Positions 8,789 to 17,767 of a DNA stretch of 32,000 nucleotides are shown one piece after another. Source of the DNA: Candidatus Saccharimonadota bacterium (GTDB taxonomy: Bacteria > Bacteroidota > Bacteroidia > Flavobacteriales > Blattabacteriaceae). Position numbers and translations under genes: made by a program. The notes beneath the pieces are model-generated. The model made no database searches, was not told the origin of the DNA, and saw nothing but the letters and a program-made list of their open reading frames with translations. How positions within the stretch are numbered: the stretch's first letter is position 1; every line of letters starts with the position of its first letter. The stretch spans positions 150,001 to 182,000 of the forward strand of contig NZ_CP059223.1 in assembly GCF_014252415.1 (NCBI RefSeq), in the 5' to 3' direction.

Positions 8789-11374
8789 ATGTTAGATCTA
8801 GGAATTTTAAAAATATATAATGCTTCAGCTGGATCAGGAAAAACTTCTTTTTTAATAAAAAATTATTTATATATTATTTTAACAAATAATAATCCATTAA
8901 TATATAAAAATATATTGGTTTTAACTTTTAATAAAAAATCTTCCGATGATATAAAAAATAATATTTTAGAATGTATTAAAAATTTTTCTGAAAAAAATAT
9001 TATGAATAAATATCGATTATTTTTTGATTATATAATTAATAAATCTAATCTTACAAAAGATGAATTATACAAACGATCTTATAAAGTATTAAAAAAAATA
9101 ATTTATGATTTTCATACATATACCAATAGTATATGTACTATTGATAAATTTACTTATCGTATAATACGTTCTTTTTCTCCTAATATTTCATTAGAAATGA
9201 ATACAAATAAATTTTTATCAAAAATCATAGAAAATATTTTATATAAATTAAAAAATTATGAAGTATCAAATAAAAATTATTACAATTTTTTTATTGATGT
9301 AATTAAAAGTGGAAAAATTTGGGATTTAAATAAAGATTTTTATAAAATTGCTTTTTTAATGATAAACGAAAATTATTATCCTTACATTAATAAATTGAAA
9401 AAATTATCATCAAAAGATTTTATAAATTTAAAATATATTTTAATAAAAAGAATTGATCAATTTGAAGAAATATGTAAAAAACAAGGAAATAAATTTTTTA
9501 AATTTATAGAAAAAAATAATATAGAAAAAAAATCTTTTTTATACTCAGATATTCCTAATTTTTTTAAAAAATTTTACATGAAAAATATTTTGTTTAATCC
9601 ATTTAAAAATCGTATTGAAAAAAATATAAAGAATAAAAATTTTTTTTCTAAAGAAAAAAAAAAAAATAATATTTTTATAAAAAAAATAAATTCTTTATAC
9701 GAAGAAACAAAATATTTATATAATAAATATATTTCTTGCTATACTATAGACAAACTTATTTTAAATAATATAAATTTATTTTCTATTATTCATGATTTAA
9801 ATAAAGAATTTTTATCTATAAAAAATGAAGAAAAAATTATTCTTAATGAAGAAATGAATCAAATTCTTTATAAGAAAATTAATAAATCTTTACCAAAAAT
9901 TTATGAAAATATTGGATCCCAATATAAATATTATTTAATAGACGAGTTTCAAGATATATCAATAATACAATGGAAAAATATTGAATTTTTAATCGAAAAT
10001 TCTTTATCAGAAAATGGAGCAGCTATTATAGTAGGAGATCCTAAACAATCTATTTATAGATGGAGAGGAGGAGATTATAAAAAACTTATTGAATTAATTT
10101 ACTATAAAAATTCTGTATATAAAAAGGAATTAAAATTTTTGGATACTAATTTTCGTAGCTGTATAGAAATTATAAAATTTAATAATTTATTTTATTCATT
10201 TATTTCTAATAAATTCGATTGTCCAATATATAAAAATATATATAAGAATTCTGAACAAAAAGTATATCATAAAAATTATATGGGGTATGTTGAATTAAAT
10301 TTTATTAAATCGATAAAAATTAATAAGGAAAATTATAGAAAATATATATGTAAAAATATAATAAAAAAATTAAAAGATTTATTAAAACAAAAATATTTAC
10401 TTTCGGACATAGCAATTTTAGTTAGAACAAATGAAGAAGGTAATTTCTTATCAGAAATGTTAATAAAAAAAGGAATAAATGTAAATACATCTATTTTCTT
10501 CTTAATAAAAAATTGTAATGAAATAAAAATTATTATAAATTTTTTTTATATACTATCTTATAATTCTTTTTGCAAAGAAAGAATATATTTAATTTTTTTA
10601 CTAGTAGATAATAATAAAATAAATATTCCAAAAAAATATATACATAATTATATCTATAAAATAATTTTTTTACCAACAGATTTATTTATAATAGAACTTT
10701 CAAAAAAAATTAGAAAAAAAAATTTATTTACATTAAATAAATTATATAACAAATCTATTTATGATATTTCTGAAAATATAATTAATTTTTTTGATTTATT
10801 AAATAAAAAAAATAAACCATATATTTATTCTTTTTTAGATTTTGTTTATAAGTATACAATAAAAATAGGAAATTCAATTATAGATTTTTTAAAACATTGG
10901 GAATATGAAAAAGATAAAGAAAATATTGTAATTGATAATAATTTAAAAAAATCTATAAATATTATGACTATTCATAAGTCTAAAGGATTACAATTTCCAG
11001 TAGTAATTATTCCTTTTACTGATTGGAATATTTTTTTTAATAATGAAAAAATAAAGTGGATTAATATAGATCCCAATCTATATAATGGATTAAATTATTT
11101 TTACTTAGAAATAAAATCCTATTATAAACATTTTAATAATAAAAAAATAAATAAAATTTATAAACAAACATTATCTAATGCATTATTTGATAATATTAAT
11201 TTATTATATGTAGCTACTACACGATCTATTAAACAACTTATTATTTTTTCTAAACTTGGAAATAAAAAATATTCTATATCGTATTATCTAAAAAATTTTT
11301 TGTGTAATCACGGTATATGGAATTATAAAAAGAATCAATATTTTTTTGGTAAAAAAAATAATAATACTATTTAA
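8789..11374 (+). CDS. UvrD/REP superfamily-1 helicase, AddA/RecB-like, without a recognisable C-terminal nuclease domain
   Basis: SF1 motifs appear in order: I ASAGSGKTS, Ia VLTFNKKS, II LIDEFQDIS, III VGDPKQSIYRWRGG, IV TNFRSC, V TIHKSKGLQFPVV, VI LLYVATTRSIKQL. The ORF ends about 50 aa after motif VI. Confidence 0.8.
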   Translation: MLDLGILKIYNASAGSGKTSFLIKNYLYIILTNNNPLIYKNILVLTFNKKSSDDIKNNILECIKNFSEKNIMNKYRLFFDYIINKSNLTKDELYKRSYKVLKKIIYDFHTYTNSICTIDKFTYRIIRSFSPNISLEMNTNKFLSKIIENILYKLKNYEVSNKNYYNFFIDVIKSGKIWDLNKDFYKIAFLMINENYYPYINKLKKLSSKDFINLKYILIKRIDQFEEICKKQGNKFFKFIEKNNIEKKSFLYSDIPNFFKKFYMKNILFNPFKNRIEKNIKNKNFFSKEKKKNNIFIKKINSLYEETKYLYNKYISCYTIDKLILNNINLFSIIHDLNKEFLSIKNEEKIILNEEMNQILYKKINKSLPKIYENIGSQYKYYLIDEFQDISIIQWKNIEFLIENSLSENGAAIIVGDPKQSIYRWRGGDYKKLIELIYYKNSVYKKELKFLDTNFRSCIEIIKFNNLFYSFISNKFDCPIYKNIYKNSEQKVYHKNYMGYVELNFIKSIKINKENYRKYICKNIIKKLKDLLKQKYLLSDIAILVRTNEEGNFLSEMLIKKGINVNTSIFFLIKNCNEIKIIINFFYILSYNSFCKERIYLIFLLVDNNKINIPKKYIHNYIYKIIFLPTDLFIIELSKKIRKKNLFTLNKLYNKSIYDISENIINFFDLLNKKNKPYIYSFLDFVYKYTIKIGNSIIDFLKHWEYEKDKENIVIDNNLKKSINIMTIHKSKGLQFPVVIIPFTDWNIFFNNEKIKWINIDPNLYNGLNYFYLEIKSYYKHFNNKKINKIYKQTLSNALFDNINLLYVATTRSIKQLIIFSKLGNKKYSISYYLKNFLCNHGIWNYKKNQYFFGKKNNNTI
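9654..9666. repeat. A13 homopolymer inside the helicase gene
   Basis: Counted directly. In frame it encodes part of KEKKKNN. Confidence 0.9.
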
Positions 11375-12215
11375 CATGTTTATCTGCACGATATGACGAT
11401 CTAACTAATGGACCACTTTCTACATATAAAAACCCCATTTTTAATCCAATTTTTTTTAAAATTTTAAAATAATATGGATGTATAAAATTATGTATTGGAT
11501 AATGTTTTAAAGATGGTTTTAAATATTGTCCTATTGTTAATATATCTACATTAGATTTTTTTATATCCATCATTGTTTTTATTATTTCTTTTTTTGTTTC
11601 ACCTAATCCTAACATTATACCAGTTTTAGTTCTAATTTTATTATTTTTATCTTTTATATATTTCAAAACTTGAAGGCTTCTTTCATATTTTGCTTGCACA
11701 CGAACTTTTTTTGTTAATCTTTGTACTGTTTCTAAATTATGAGAAATCACTTCAGGTTTCACGTTAACAATTTTTTTAATTATATTTTTATCACCTTTAA
11801 AGTCTGGAATTAAAGCTTCTATTGTTATTGGATTATTTAAATTTCTTATTTCTTTTATAGTTTTAATCCATATATAAGACCCCATATCTTTTAAATCATC
11901 TCTATTTACAGAAGTTAATACAACATGTTTTATTTTTAATATTTTTATAGATTTTGCTACCTTTTTTGGTTCTTCCCAATCTAATTTTCCTGGTTTACCT
12001 GTATTTATTCCACAAAATTTACAAGATCTTGTACATACATTTCCTAATATCATAAAAGTAGCTACTCCTTTCCCCCAACATTCTCCTATATTAGGGCAAC
12101 CTGCACTTTTACAAACTGTATTTAATCCATAAATATTTGTTAAATATTGTATTTTTTTATAATTTTTTCCTACGGGAAGTTTTACTTTTATCCATTCTGG
12201 TTTTTTTTTTATCAT
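11367..12215 (-). CDS. lipA: lipoyl synthase
   Basis: Radical-SAM CTRSCKFC plus the auxiliary-cluster cysteines CKSAGCPNIGEC. ATG start. The TAG stop overlaps the helicase 3' end by 8 nt. Confidence 0.95.
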   Translation of the reverse strand: MIKKKPEWIKVKLPVGKNYKKIQYLTNIYGLNTVCKSAGCPNIGECWGKGVATFMILGNVCTRSCKFCGINTGKPGKLDWEEPKKVAKSIKILKIKHVVLTSVNRDDLKDMGSYIWIKTIKEIRNLNNPITIEALIPDFKGDKNIIKKIVNVKPEVISHNLETVQRLTKKVRVQAKYERSLQVLKYIKDKNNKIRTKTGIMLGLGETKKEIIKTMMDIKKSNVDILTIGQYLKPSLKHYPIHNFIHPYYFKILKKIGLKMGFLYVESGPLVRSSYRADKHVK

Positions 12216-12281
12216 ACTATTATAGTATTTTATAATTTTATTAAAAATCGATTTTATTTTTTATTTATTATTACTTTTAAC

Positions 12282-13379
12282 ATGAAAATATTAGCAAAAG
12301 ATGTTATTCTAAAATTAGAAATTTTAGCTCCAGTAGAGAATGCAGAATCATATGATAACGTAGGATTAATTATAGGAAATCAAGAACAAGAAGTAAAAAA
12401 TATATTAATAACATTAGATCTAACTGAAAAAGTTCTTGTAGAAGCCATGGAAAAAAATTGTAATTTTGTAATAACTTTTCATCCAATTATTTTTAATCCA
12501 ATAAAAAAAATTAATGGAAATAATTTTATTGAAAAAATTTTAATTCGTGCATTAAAAAATGATATACTCATTTATAGTATTCATACTAATTTAGATAATT
12601 CATGGAATGGAATTACATCATATGTAACAAAAATATTAGGAATTAATAAAGAAAAAGTTCTTTTTCCAAAAAAAGGAACAATGAAAAAATTGTATACATA
12701 TGTTCCATTTGATTATGTTGAAAAAGTTAGAAATGCTCTTTTTAAATCAGGTGCTGGAGAAATATCTAATTATAGTCATTGTAGTTATAATTTTAATGGA
12801 ATAGGAAGTTTTATGGGAAATGAATTATCTAAACCATTTACTGGTAAAAAAAATATTTTTTGCATGGAAAAAGAAACATGTATTAGTGTTACTTTTCCAT
12901 CTTTTAAATTAAATTCTATACAAAAATCTCTTATTAATCATCATCCTTATGAAGAAGTTCCTTATGAAATTTATAATATAGAAAATATAAATCCTTATGT
13001 TGGTATAGGTATCATAGGTAAGATAAAAAAAATGAATGAATATAATTTTATTTCTCTATTAAAAAATAAAATGAACTTATCATATATTAGACATTCTAAA
13101 TTTATGAATAGAAATATTGAAAGGGTTTCTATTATAACTGGATCTGGAAGATTCGGAATAGAAAAATCAATAAAAGAATCTTCTGATGTTTTTATTACAT
13201 CCGATTTAAAATATCATGATTTTTTTAAATCAGATAAAATGTTAATTATAGAAATAGATCATTATGAATCTGAAATTTTTTTCAAAAAATTATTAAAAAC
13301 TTTTTTAGAAAAAAGTTTTCATTCTTTTTTTATACATGAGTCAAAAATCAATACTAATCCAATTAAATATTTTTCATAA
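12282..13379 (+). CDS. Nif3-like dinuclear metal centre protein (YbgI/YqfO family, long form)
   Basis: Starting from ATG 12282 gives MKILAKDVI..NVGLIIGN, FHPIIF, IHTNLD, TGSG and IDHYESE. The track's TTG start at 12147 adds 45 F/Y/I-rich residues antisense to lipA and is rejected. Confidence 0.85.
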   Translation: MKILAKDVILKLEILAPVENAESYDNVGLIIGNQEQEVKNILITLDLTEKVLVEAMEKNCNFVITFHPIIFNPIKKINGNNFIEKILIRALKNDILIYSIHTNLDNSWNGITSYVTKILGINKEKVLFPKKGTMKKLYTYVPFDYVEKVRNALFKSGAGEISNYSHCSYNFNGIGSFMGNELSKPFTGKKNIFCMEKETCISVTFPSFKLNSIQKSLINHHPYEEVPYEIYNIENINPYVGIGIIGKIKKMNEYNFISLLKNKMNLSYIRHSKFMNRNIERVSIITGSGRFGIEKSIKESSDVFITSDLKYHDFFKSDKMLIIEIDHYESEIFFKKLLKTFLEKSFHSFFIHESKINTNPIKYFS

Positions 13380-13384
13380 AAAAA

Positions 13385-14167
13385 ATGATTCACCAATCAG
13401 TTAAAATTAATTATACAGTAGAACAATTGAAACTATTATATCATATTCAATTAATAGATTCTCGTATAGATGAAATTATAAATTTTCGTAATAATATTCC
13501 TAAAGAAATAAAAAATTTAGATAAAGAATTACATAATATAAAAAATAATTTAAAAGATATTAAAAACAATATAATATCTATAAAAAATGATATAGAAAAT
13601 AAAAATGAAAATATAAAAAAATCTGAAATATTAATAAAAAATTATATAAATAAAAAAAATGAAATAGATAATAATAAAGAATTATATTTGATTGATAAAG
13701 AAATCGAATATCAAAAATTAGAAATTCAATTATTAAAAAAGAAAATTAAGGAGTTAAATAATAATATAAAAGTTATTAATAATTATCTAGATAAAAAAAA
13801 ATTTTTATTAAAGAAAAAAAAAAGAAATATTTTTTTTAAAAAAAAAGAATTAAAAAGTATTTTATTAGAAAATGATAAAGAAGAAAAAATTTTATCCAAA
13901 CAAATATTAATTTTTTATAAAAAATTAGATAAAAAAATATTAGAATTTTATAAAAAAATAAGAAAAAGAGTTAAAAATGGAATAGCAATCGCACCAGTAG
14001 AAAGAGGTGCACCGTTAGGATCATATTTATCCATAACACCTCAAAAATATTCTGAATTAGTTCAAAGAAATAAATTATTAATAGATGAACATAGTGGTAG
14101 AATATTAATAGATTCAAAATTAGCTGAAGAAGAAAAAAAAAAATCTATTATTAATAAAAATAAATAA
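13385..14167 (+). CDS. COG1579-type coiled-coil protein with a degenerate (Cys-less) C-terminal zinc-ribbon-like domain
   Basis: A long K/N/I/E-rich coiled-coil is followed by VERGAPLGSYLSITPQ...IDEHSGRILID. This resembles the CxxC...CxxC ribbon of the family, and the gene lies directly downstream of nif3. Confidence 0.6.
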   Translation: MIHQSVKINYTVEQLKLLYHIQLIDSRIDEIINFRNNIPKEIKNLDKELHNIKNNLKDIKNNIISIKNDIENKNENIKKSEILIKNYINKKNEIDNNKELYLIDKEIEYQKLEIQLLKKKIKELNNNIKVINNYLDKKKFLLKKKKRNIFFKKKELKSILLENDKEEKILSKQILIFYKKLDKKILEFYKKIRKRVKNGIAIAPVERGAPLGSYLSITPQKYSELVQRNKLLIDEHSGRILIDSKLAEEEKKKSIINKNK

Positions 14168-14169
14168 TC

Positions 14170-14733
14170 ATGGTAAAAACTCATTTTTCAAATAAGAAAA
14201 ATATTTTAATAAAAAATTTTTCTTTGTTAGAGGTAACTTCTGGAGAAAAAAAATCTTTTACAGATTTTTTTTCTGATAAAGCTAATGTAATAATGTTTAT
14301 ATGTAATCATTGTCCATATGTAAAACATATCAATAAAGAACTAGTTAATCTAACCAATGATTTTATTGACAAAGGAATATCTTTTTTAGCTATAAACTCA
14401 AATGATGTAGAAAAATATCCTGAAGATTCTACAGAAAATATGAAAAAAATATCTATTAAATATAACTATCCATTTCCTTATTTTTTTGATGATAAACAAG
14501 AAGTTGCTAAATATTATAATGCAAAATGTACTCCTGAATTTTTCATATTTGAAGGTAATGGAAAATTATGTTATAATGGACAATTAGATAATTCAAGACC
14601 AGATAATAAAATACCCGTTACAGGAAATGATATTAGAATTATATTAAAATACATTTTAAATAAAAAAAAATTCTCTAATCCTATCATAAAAAATAGCTAT
14701 GGATGTAGTATAAAATGGAAAATTAAAAATTAA
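14170..14733 (+). CDS. thioredoxin-fold (AhpC/TSA-like) protein with CxxC motif
   Basis: MFICNHCPYVKH redox motif, AINSNDVEKYPEDS, CTPEFFIF and GCSIKWK, as in the flavobacterial thioredoxin family proteins I recall. Confidence 0.8.
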   Translation: MVKTHFSNKKNILIKNFSLLEVTSGEKKSFTDFFSDKANVIMFICNHCPYVKHINKELVNLTNDFIDKGISFLAINSNDVEKYPEDSTENMKKISIKYNYPFPYFFDDKQEVAKYYNAKCTPEFFIFEGNGKLCYNGQLDNSRPDNKIPVTGNDIRIILKYILNKKKFSNPIIKNSYGCSIKWKIKN

Positions 14734-15712
14734 AATTTTTATAAAAAATTGGTATAATATGTAAAAAATATTTAATAGTTTCAGATAAACTTTTTTTTAT
14801 TATACCCCCAGCAGCATTTTTATGTCCTCCTCCAGAAAAATATTTTCTAGCAAATAAATTTACATCTAATTTACCTTTTGAACGAAATGAAATTTTAATA
14901 GGATAATTTTTTTTTTCCTCAAAAAAAAATACAGAAAATGTAATATTTTTAATACTTAATCCATAATTAATAATTCCATCAACATCTCCTTGTTGATAAG
15001 GATAAAAAATATCTGATGATCTTATAGATGTATAAGCAATATTATATTTTTTTATAATTTTTAAATTTTTTAAGGCTATAGACAATAATTTTAATTTATT
15101 TTCATTATAATTTTCTTGTAATTGATTATAAATCTTATATATATTAATTCCTTTTTTCATTAAAATACTTGCGATAAAATGAGTTTCAGAATTGATAGAT
15201 GGGAAACGAAAATAACCCGTATCAGTCATTAATCCTACATATAAACATGTAGCTATGTCTTTATCTATTTTAGATAGATTATTCATATTTGATATAAATC
15301 TAAATACAAGAATACTTGTAGCAGGAGCGTTAGAATCATGAAACATGATATCAAAATTTAATGGATACGGATGATGATCTATTAATATTTTTTTAGATTT
15401 AGAATTTTTAATAAATTCTTTTAACTCTCCAATTCTAGAAAAATTGTTTAAATCTACTAAAAATATATAATCAGAATCTAAAATTTTTTTTTTTACAAAA
15501 AATTTATTGTTATCTGATAATACAATAATATTTTTTATTCCTGGTAACCAAGAATAATATTCCGAATAATTTGTTGGAGATATTAAATTTACATTATAAT
15601 TTAATTTCCTAAAATAAATCATTAAAGCTAAAGAAGATCCTAAAGCATCTCCATCTGGATTTTTATGTATTATTATTGTTATAATTTTATTCTTATTATG
15701 ATTAAAAAACAT
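14723..15712 (-). CDS. DHH/DHHA1 phosphoesterase (NrnA-like oligoribonuclease / pAp phosphatase)
   Basis: HKNPDGDALGS, IDHHPYP and GGGHKNAAGG motifs. The 3' end overlaps the preceding convergent gene by 11 nt. Confidence 0.85.
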   Translation of the reverse strand: MFFNHNKNKIITIIIHKNPDGDALGSSLALMIYFRKLNYNVNLISPTNYSEYYSWLPGIKNIIVLSDNNKFFVKKKILDSDYIFLVDLNNFSRIGELKEFIKNSKSKKILIDHHPYPLNFDIMFHDSNAPATSILVFRFISNMNNLSKIDKDIATCLYVGLMTDTGYFRFPSINSETHFIASILMKKGINIYKIYNQLQENYNENKLKLLSIALKNLKIIKKYNIAYTSIRSSDIFYPYQQGDVDGIINYGLSIKNITFSVFFFEEKKNYPIKISFRSKGKLDVNLFARKYFSGGGHKNAAGGIIKKSLSETIKYFLHIIPIFYKNFNF

Positions 15713-15732
15713 AATAATATTTTATTTTCATA

Positions 15733-17175
15733 TCATTTTTTTATTTTTAATCCTAATTCTTTTCCTTTTTTTAACATGATAGAATATGCAGAAATAAAAT
15801 TATTTTTAATTTTTCCTTCTAAAATAGAATCTTTTATAAAATTTTTTATAGTTCCAATTTCTTTACATGAATTAATATTAAATGTTTTCATAATATGAAA
15901 TCCTGATATTGGAGATTTCCAATTCATAATACGATCTTTTTTCTCTAATATCTCAATTCTTTTTAATAGAAAAAAAATATTTTTTTTATATAATTTTTTT
16001 TTTTCTATATCAATAGTAGTAATATCTGATAAACATAAATTTATTAAATCATATAAATCATTTCCAATATCAAATATAAATCTACGTATTGCTGAATCAC
16101 TAACATGATCCCCTATCAAAGATATTGGTCTAGAACTATATTTAACCATTTTTTTTACATATTTTAATATATTACCTTTTGGTAATTTTAACCGATGAAA
16201 TATATTAGAAATCATTTTGCTACCTATATATTCATGTGAATAGAATGTCCAACCCACCCCAGGTAAAAATTTTTTAGTATAAGGTTTTCCTATATCATGA
16301 AGTAATCCACACCATCTCAACCATATAGAATTAGATTTATTTTTACTTAAATTATCAACAACTTGTAAGGTATGATAAAAATTATTTTTATGTTTAAATC
16401 CATTTTTTTCTTCTACTTTTTCCAGTAAGGTTATTTCAGGTAATAAAATAGATAATAACTCTGATTTATATAATAAATATAATCCAATAGAAGGTTTATT
16501 AGACAATAGAATTTTATTAAATTCTTCTACAATTCTTTCTTTTGATACAATATTAATTCTATCTTTATTTTTTATTATAGATTTAAAAGAATTTTTTTCA
16601 ATGGAAAATTGTAATTGAGTAGCAAACCTTATAGCTCTCATCATTCTTAAAGGATCGTCAGAATAAGTAATATTTGAATTTAATGGTGTCCTTAACATTC
16701 TACGTTTTATATCAAATAATCCTCCAAACGGATCTATTAATTCACCATAATTTTTATTATTTAAACTAATTGCTAAAGTATTTATTGTAAAATCTCTTCT
16801 ATTCTGATCATCTTTTAATGATCCCTTACTTATAATAGGATTTCTATTGTTCAGATCTTGATATGATTCTTTTCTAGATCCTACAAATTCTATCCTATAA
16901 TTATTATATTCTAACATTGCGGTTCCATATCTTTTAAAGATCCTAACTTTAATGGAATTATTATTTTTATTACTATTAGTAATTATTTTAGCTACTTCTT
17001 TTGCAAGAAGTATTCCTTCTCCTATAGTTAGGATATCTAAATCATTTGATTTGGTATTTCCTAGTAAAAAATCTCTCACATATCCACCTATTATATAACT
17101 ATCTTGATTAATCTTTTTAGAGGCAAAACTGACAAGTTTAAATATATTTTTATAAATAGCATATGATAAATTCAT
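15733..17175 (-). CDS. cca: CCA-adding tRNA nucleotidyltransferase with HD domain
   Basis: GGYVRDFLLG..DLDI nucleotidyltransferase head, RDFTINTLA, and HD motif LLHDIGKP. Confidence 0.85.
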   Translation of the reverse strand: MNLSYAIYKNIFKLVSFASKKINQDSYIIGGYVRDFLLGNTKSNDLDILTIGEGILLAKEVAKIITNSNKNNNSIKVRIFKRYGTAMLEYNNYRIEFVGSRKESYQDLNNRNPIISKGSLKDDQNRRDFTINTLAISLNNKNYGELIDPFGGLFDIKRRMLRTPLNSNITYSDDPLRMMRAIRFATQLQFSIEKNSFKSIIKNKDRINIVSKERIVEEFNKILLSNKPSIGLYLLYKSELLSILLPEITLLEKVEEKNGFKHKNNFYHTLQVVDNLSKNKSNSIWLRWCGLLHDIGKPYTKKFLPGVGWTFYSHEYIGSKMISNIFHRLKLPKGNILKYVKKMVKYSSRPISLIGDHVSDSAIRRFIFDIGNDLYDLINLCLSDITTIDIEKKKLYKKNIFFLLKRIEILEKKDRIMNWKSPISGFHIMKTFNINSCKEIGTIKNFIKDSILEGKIKNNFISAYSIMLKKGKELGLKIKK

Positions 17176-17180
17176 TTTTT

Positions 17181-17762
17181 TTAAAAACGTAAAATTTTTA
17201 TTTTATTTGAATTAATTTTTATGATTTTAGAACTATCATAAACAGATTTTTCTTTTCTACGAAAATTTACTATATAATCTACATTTTTTAAAATTTGTGG
17301 ATCAATTTCAGAAAACGATTTAGGAGTAATACACCCTGATATATTAGCAGAAGTAGAAATAATAGGTTTATTTAACTTTTTAATTAAATTACTACAAAAT
17401 ATATCATATGTTAAACGAACGGCTAAAGTTTTATTATAACTTAATTTATATAATGTTTTATTTTTATAATTTTTTTTAAATTGATATATTATTGTGATAG
17501 GTTTTTTTTTATAATTTTCTAATATAATTTGTTTTGTGAAATCTGATAATTTTCCTACTAAATTTTGTAAACGATTTATACTTTCTACTAAAAAAATCAT
17601 AGGTTTAAAAGAGTTTCTTTTTTTTATTTTATATATTTTATTTATTGCATTTATATTGAATGCATCACATCCTAGCCCCCAAACGGTGTCTGTTGGATAT
17701 AATAATATTTTTCCTCTTTTCAAAAAATTTATACTTTTTGTTATTTCTATTTGAAAAGACAT
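17181..17762 (-). CDS. tsaC: L-threonylcarbamoyladenylate synthase (YrdC/Sua5 family)
   Basis: LYPTDTVWGLGCDA and ISTSANISG motifs, 193 aa single-domain form. Confidence 0.85.
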   Translation of the reverse strand: MSFQIEITKSINFLKRGKILLYPTDTVWGLGCDAFNINAINKIYKIKKRNSFKPMIFLVESINRLQNLVGKLSDFTKQIILENYKKKPITIIYQFKKNYKNKTLYKLSYNKTLAVRLTYDIFCSNLIKKLNKPIISTSANISGCITPKSFSEIDPQILKNVDYIVNFRRKEKSVYDSSKIIKINSNKIKILRF

Positions 17763-17767
17763 TTTTT

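Noticed and set aside
12147-12281. 45-codon N-terminal extension of the Nif3-like ORF (track start 12147).
   Set aside because: The start codon is TTG. The extension overlaps the lipA 5' end antisense and is pure F/Y/I low-complexity sequence. The conserved Nif3 N-terminus begins at ATG 12282.
15665-15898. 77-aa plus-strand ORF, and similar small ORFs at 17536-17754 (GTG start), 22730-22915 and 26460-26654.
   Set aside because: All are antisense to strongly supported genes (DHH/cca, tsaC, glpF/glpK, ffh), are hydrophobic and low-complexity, and are expected by chance because stop codons are depleted opposite AT-rich coding strands.
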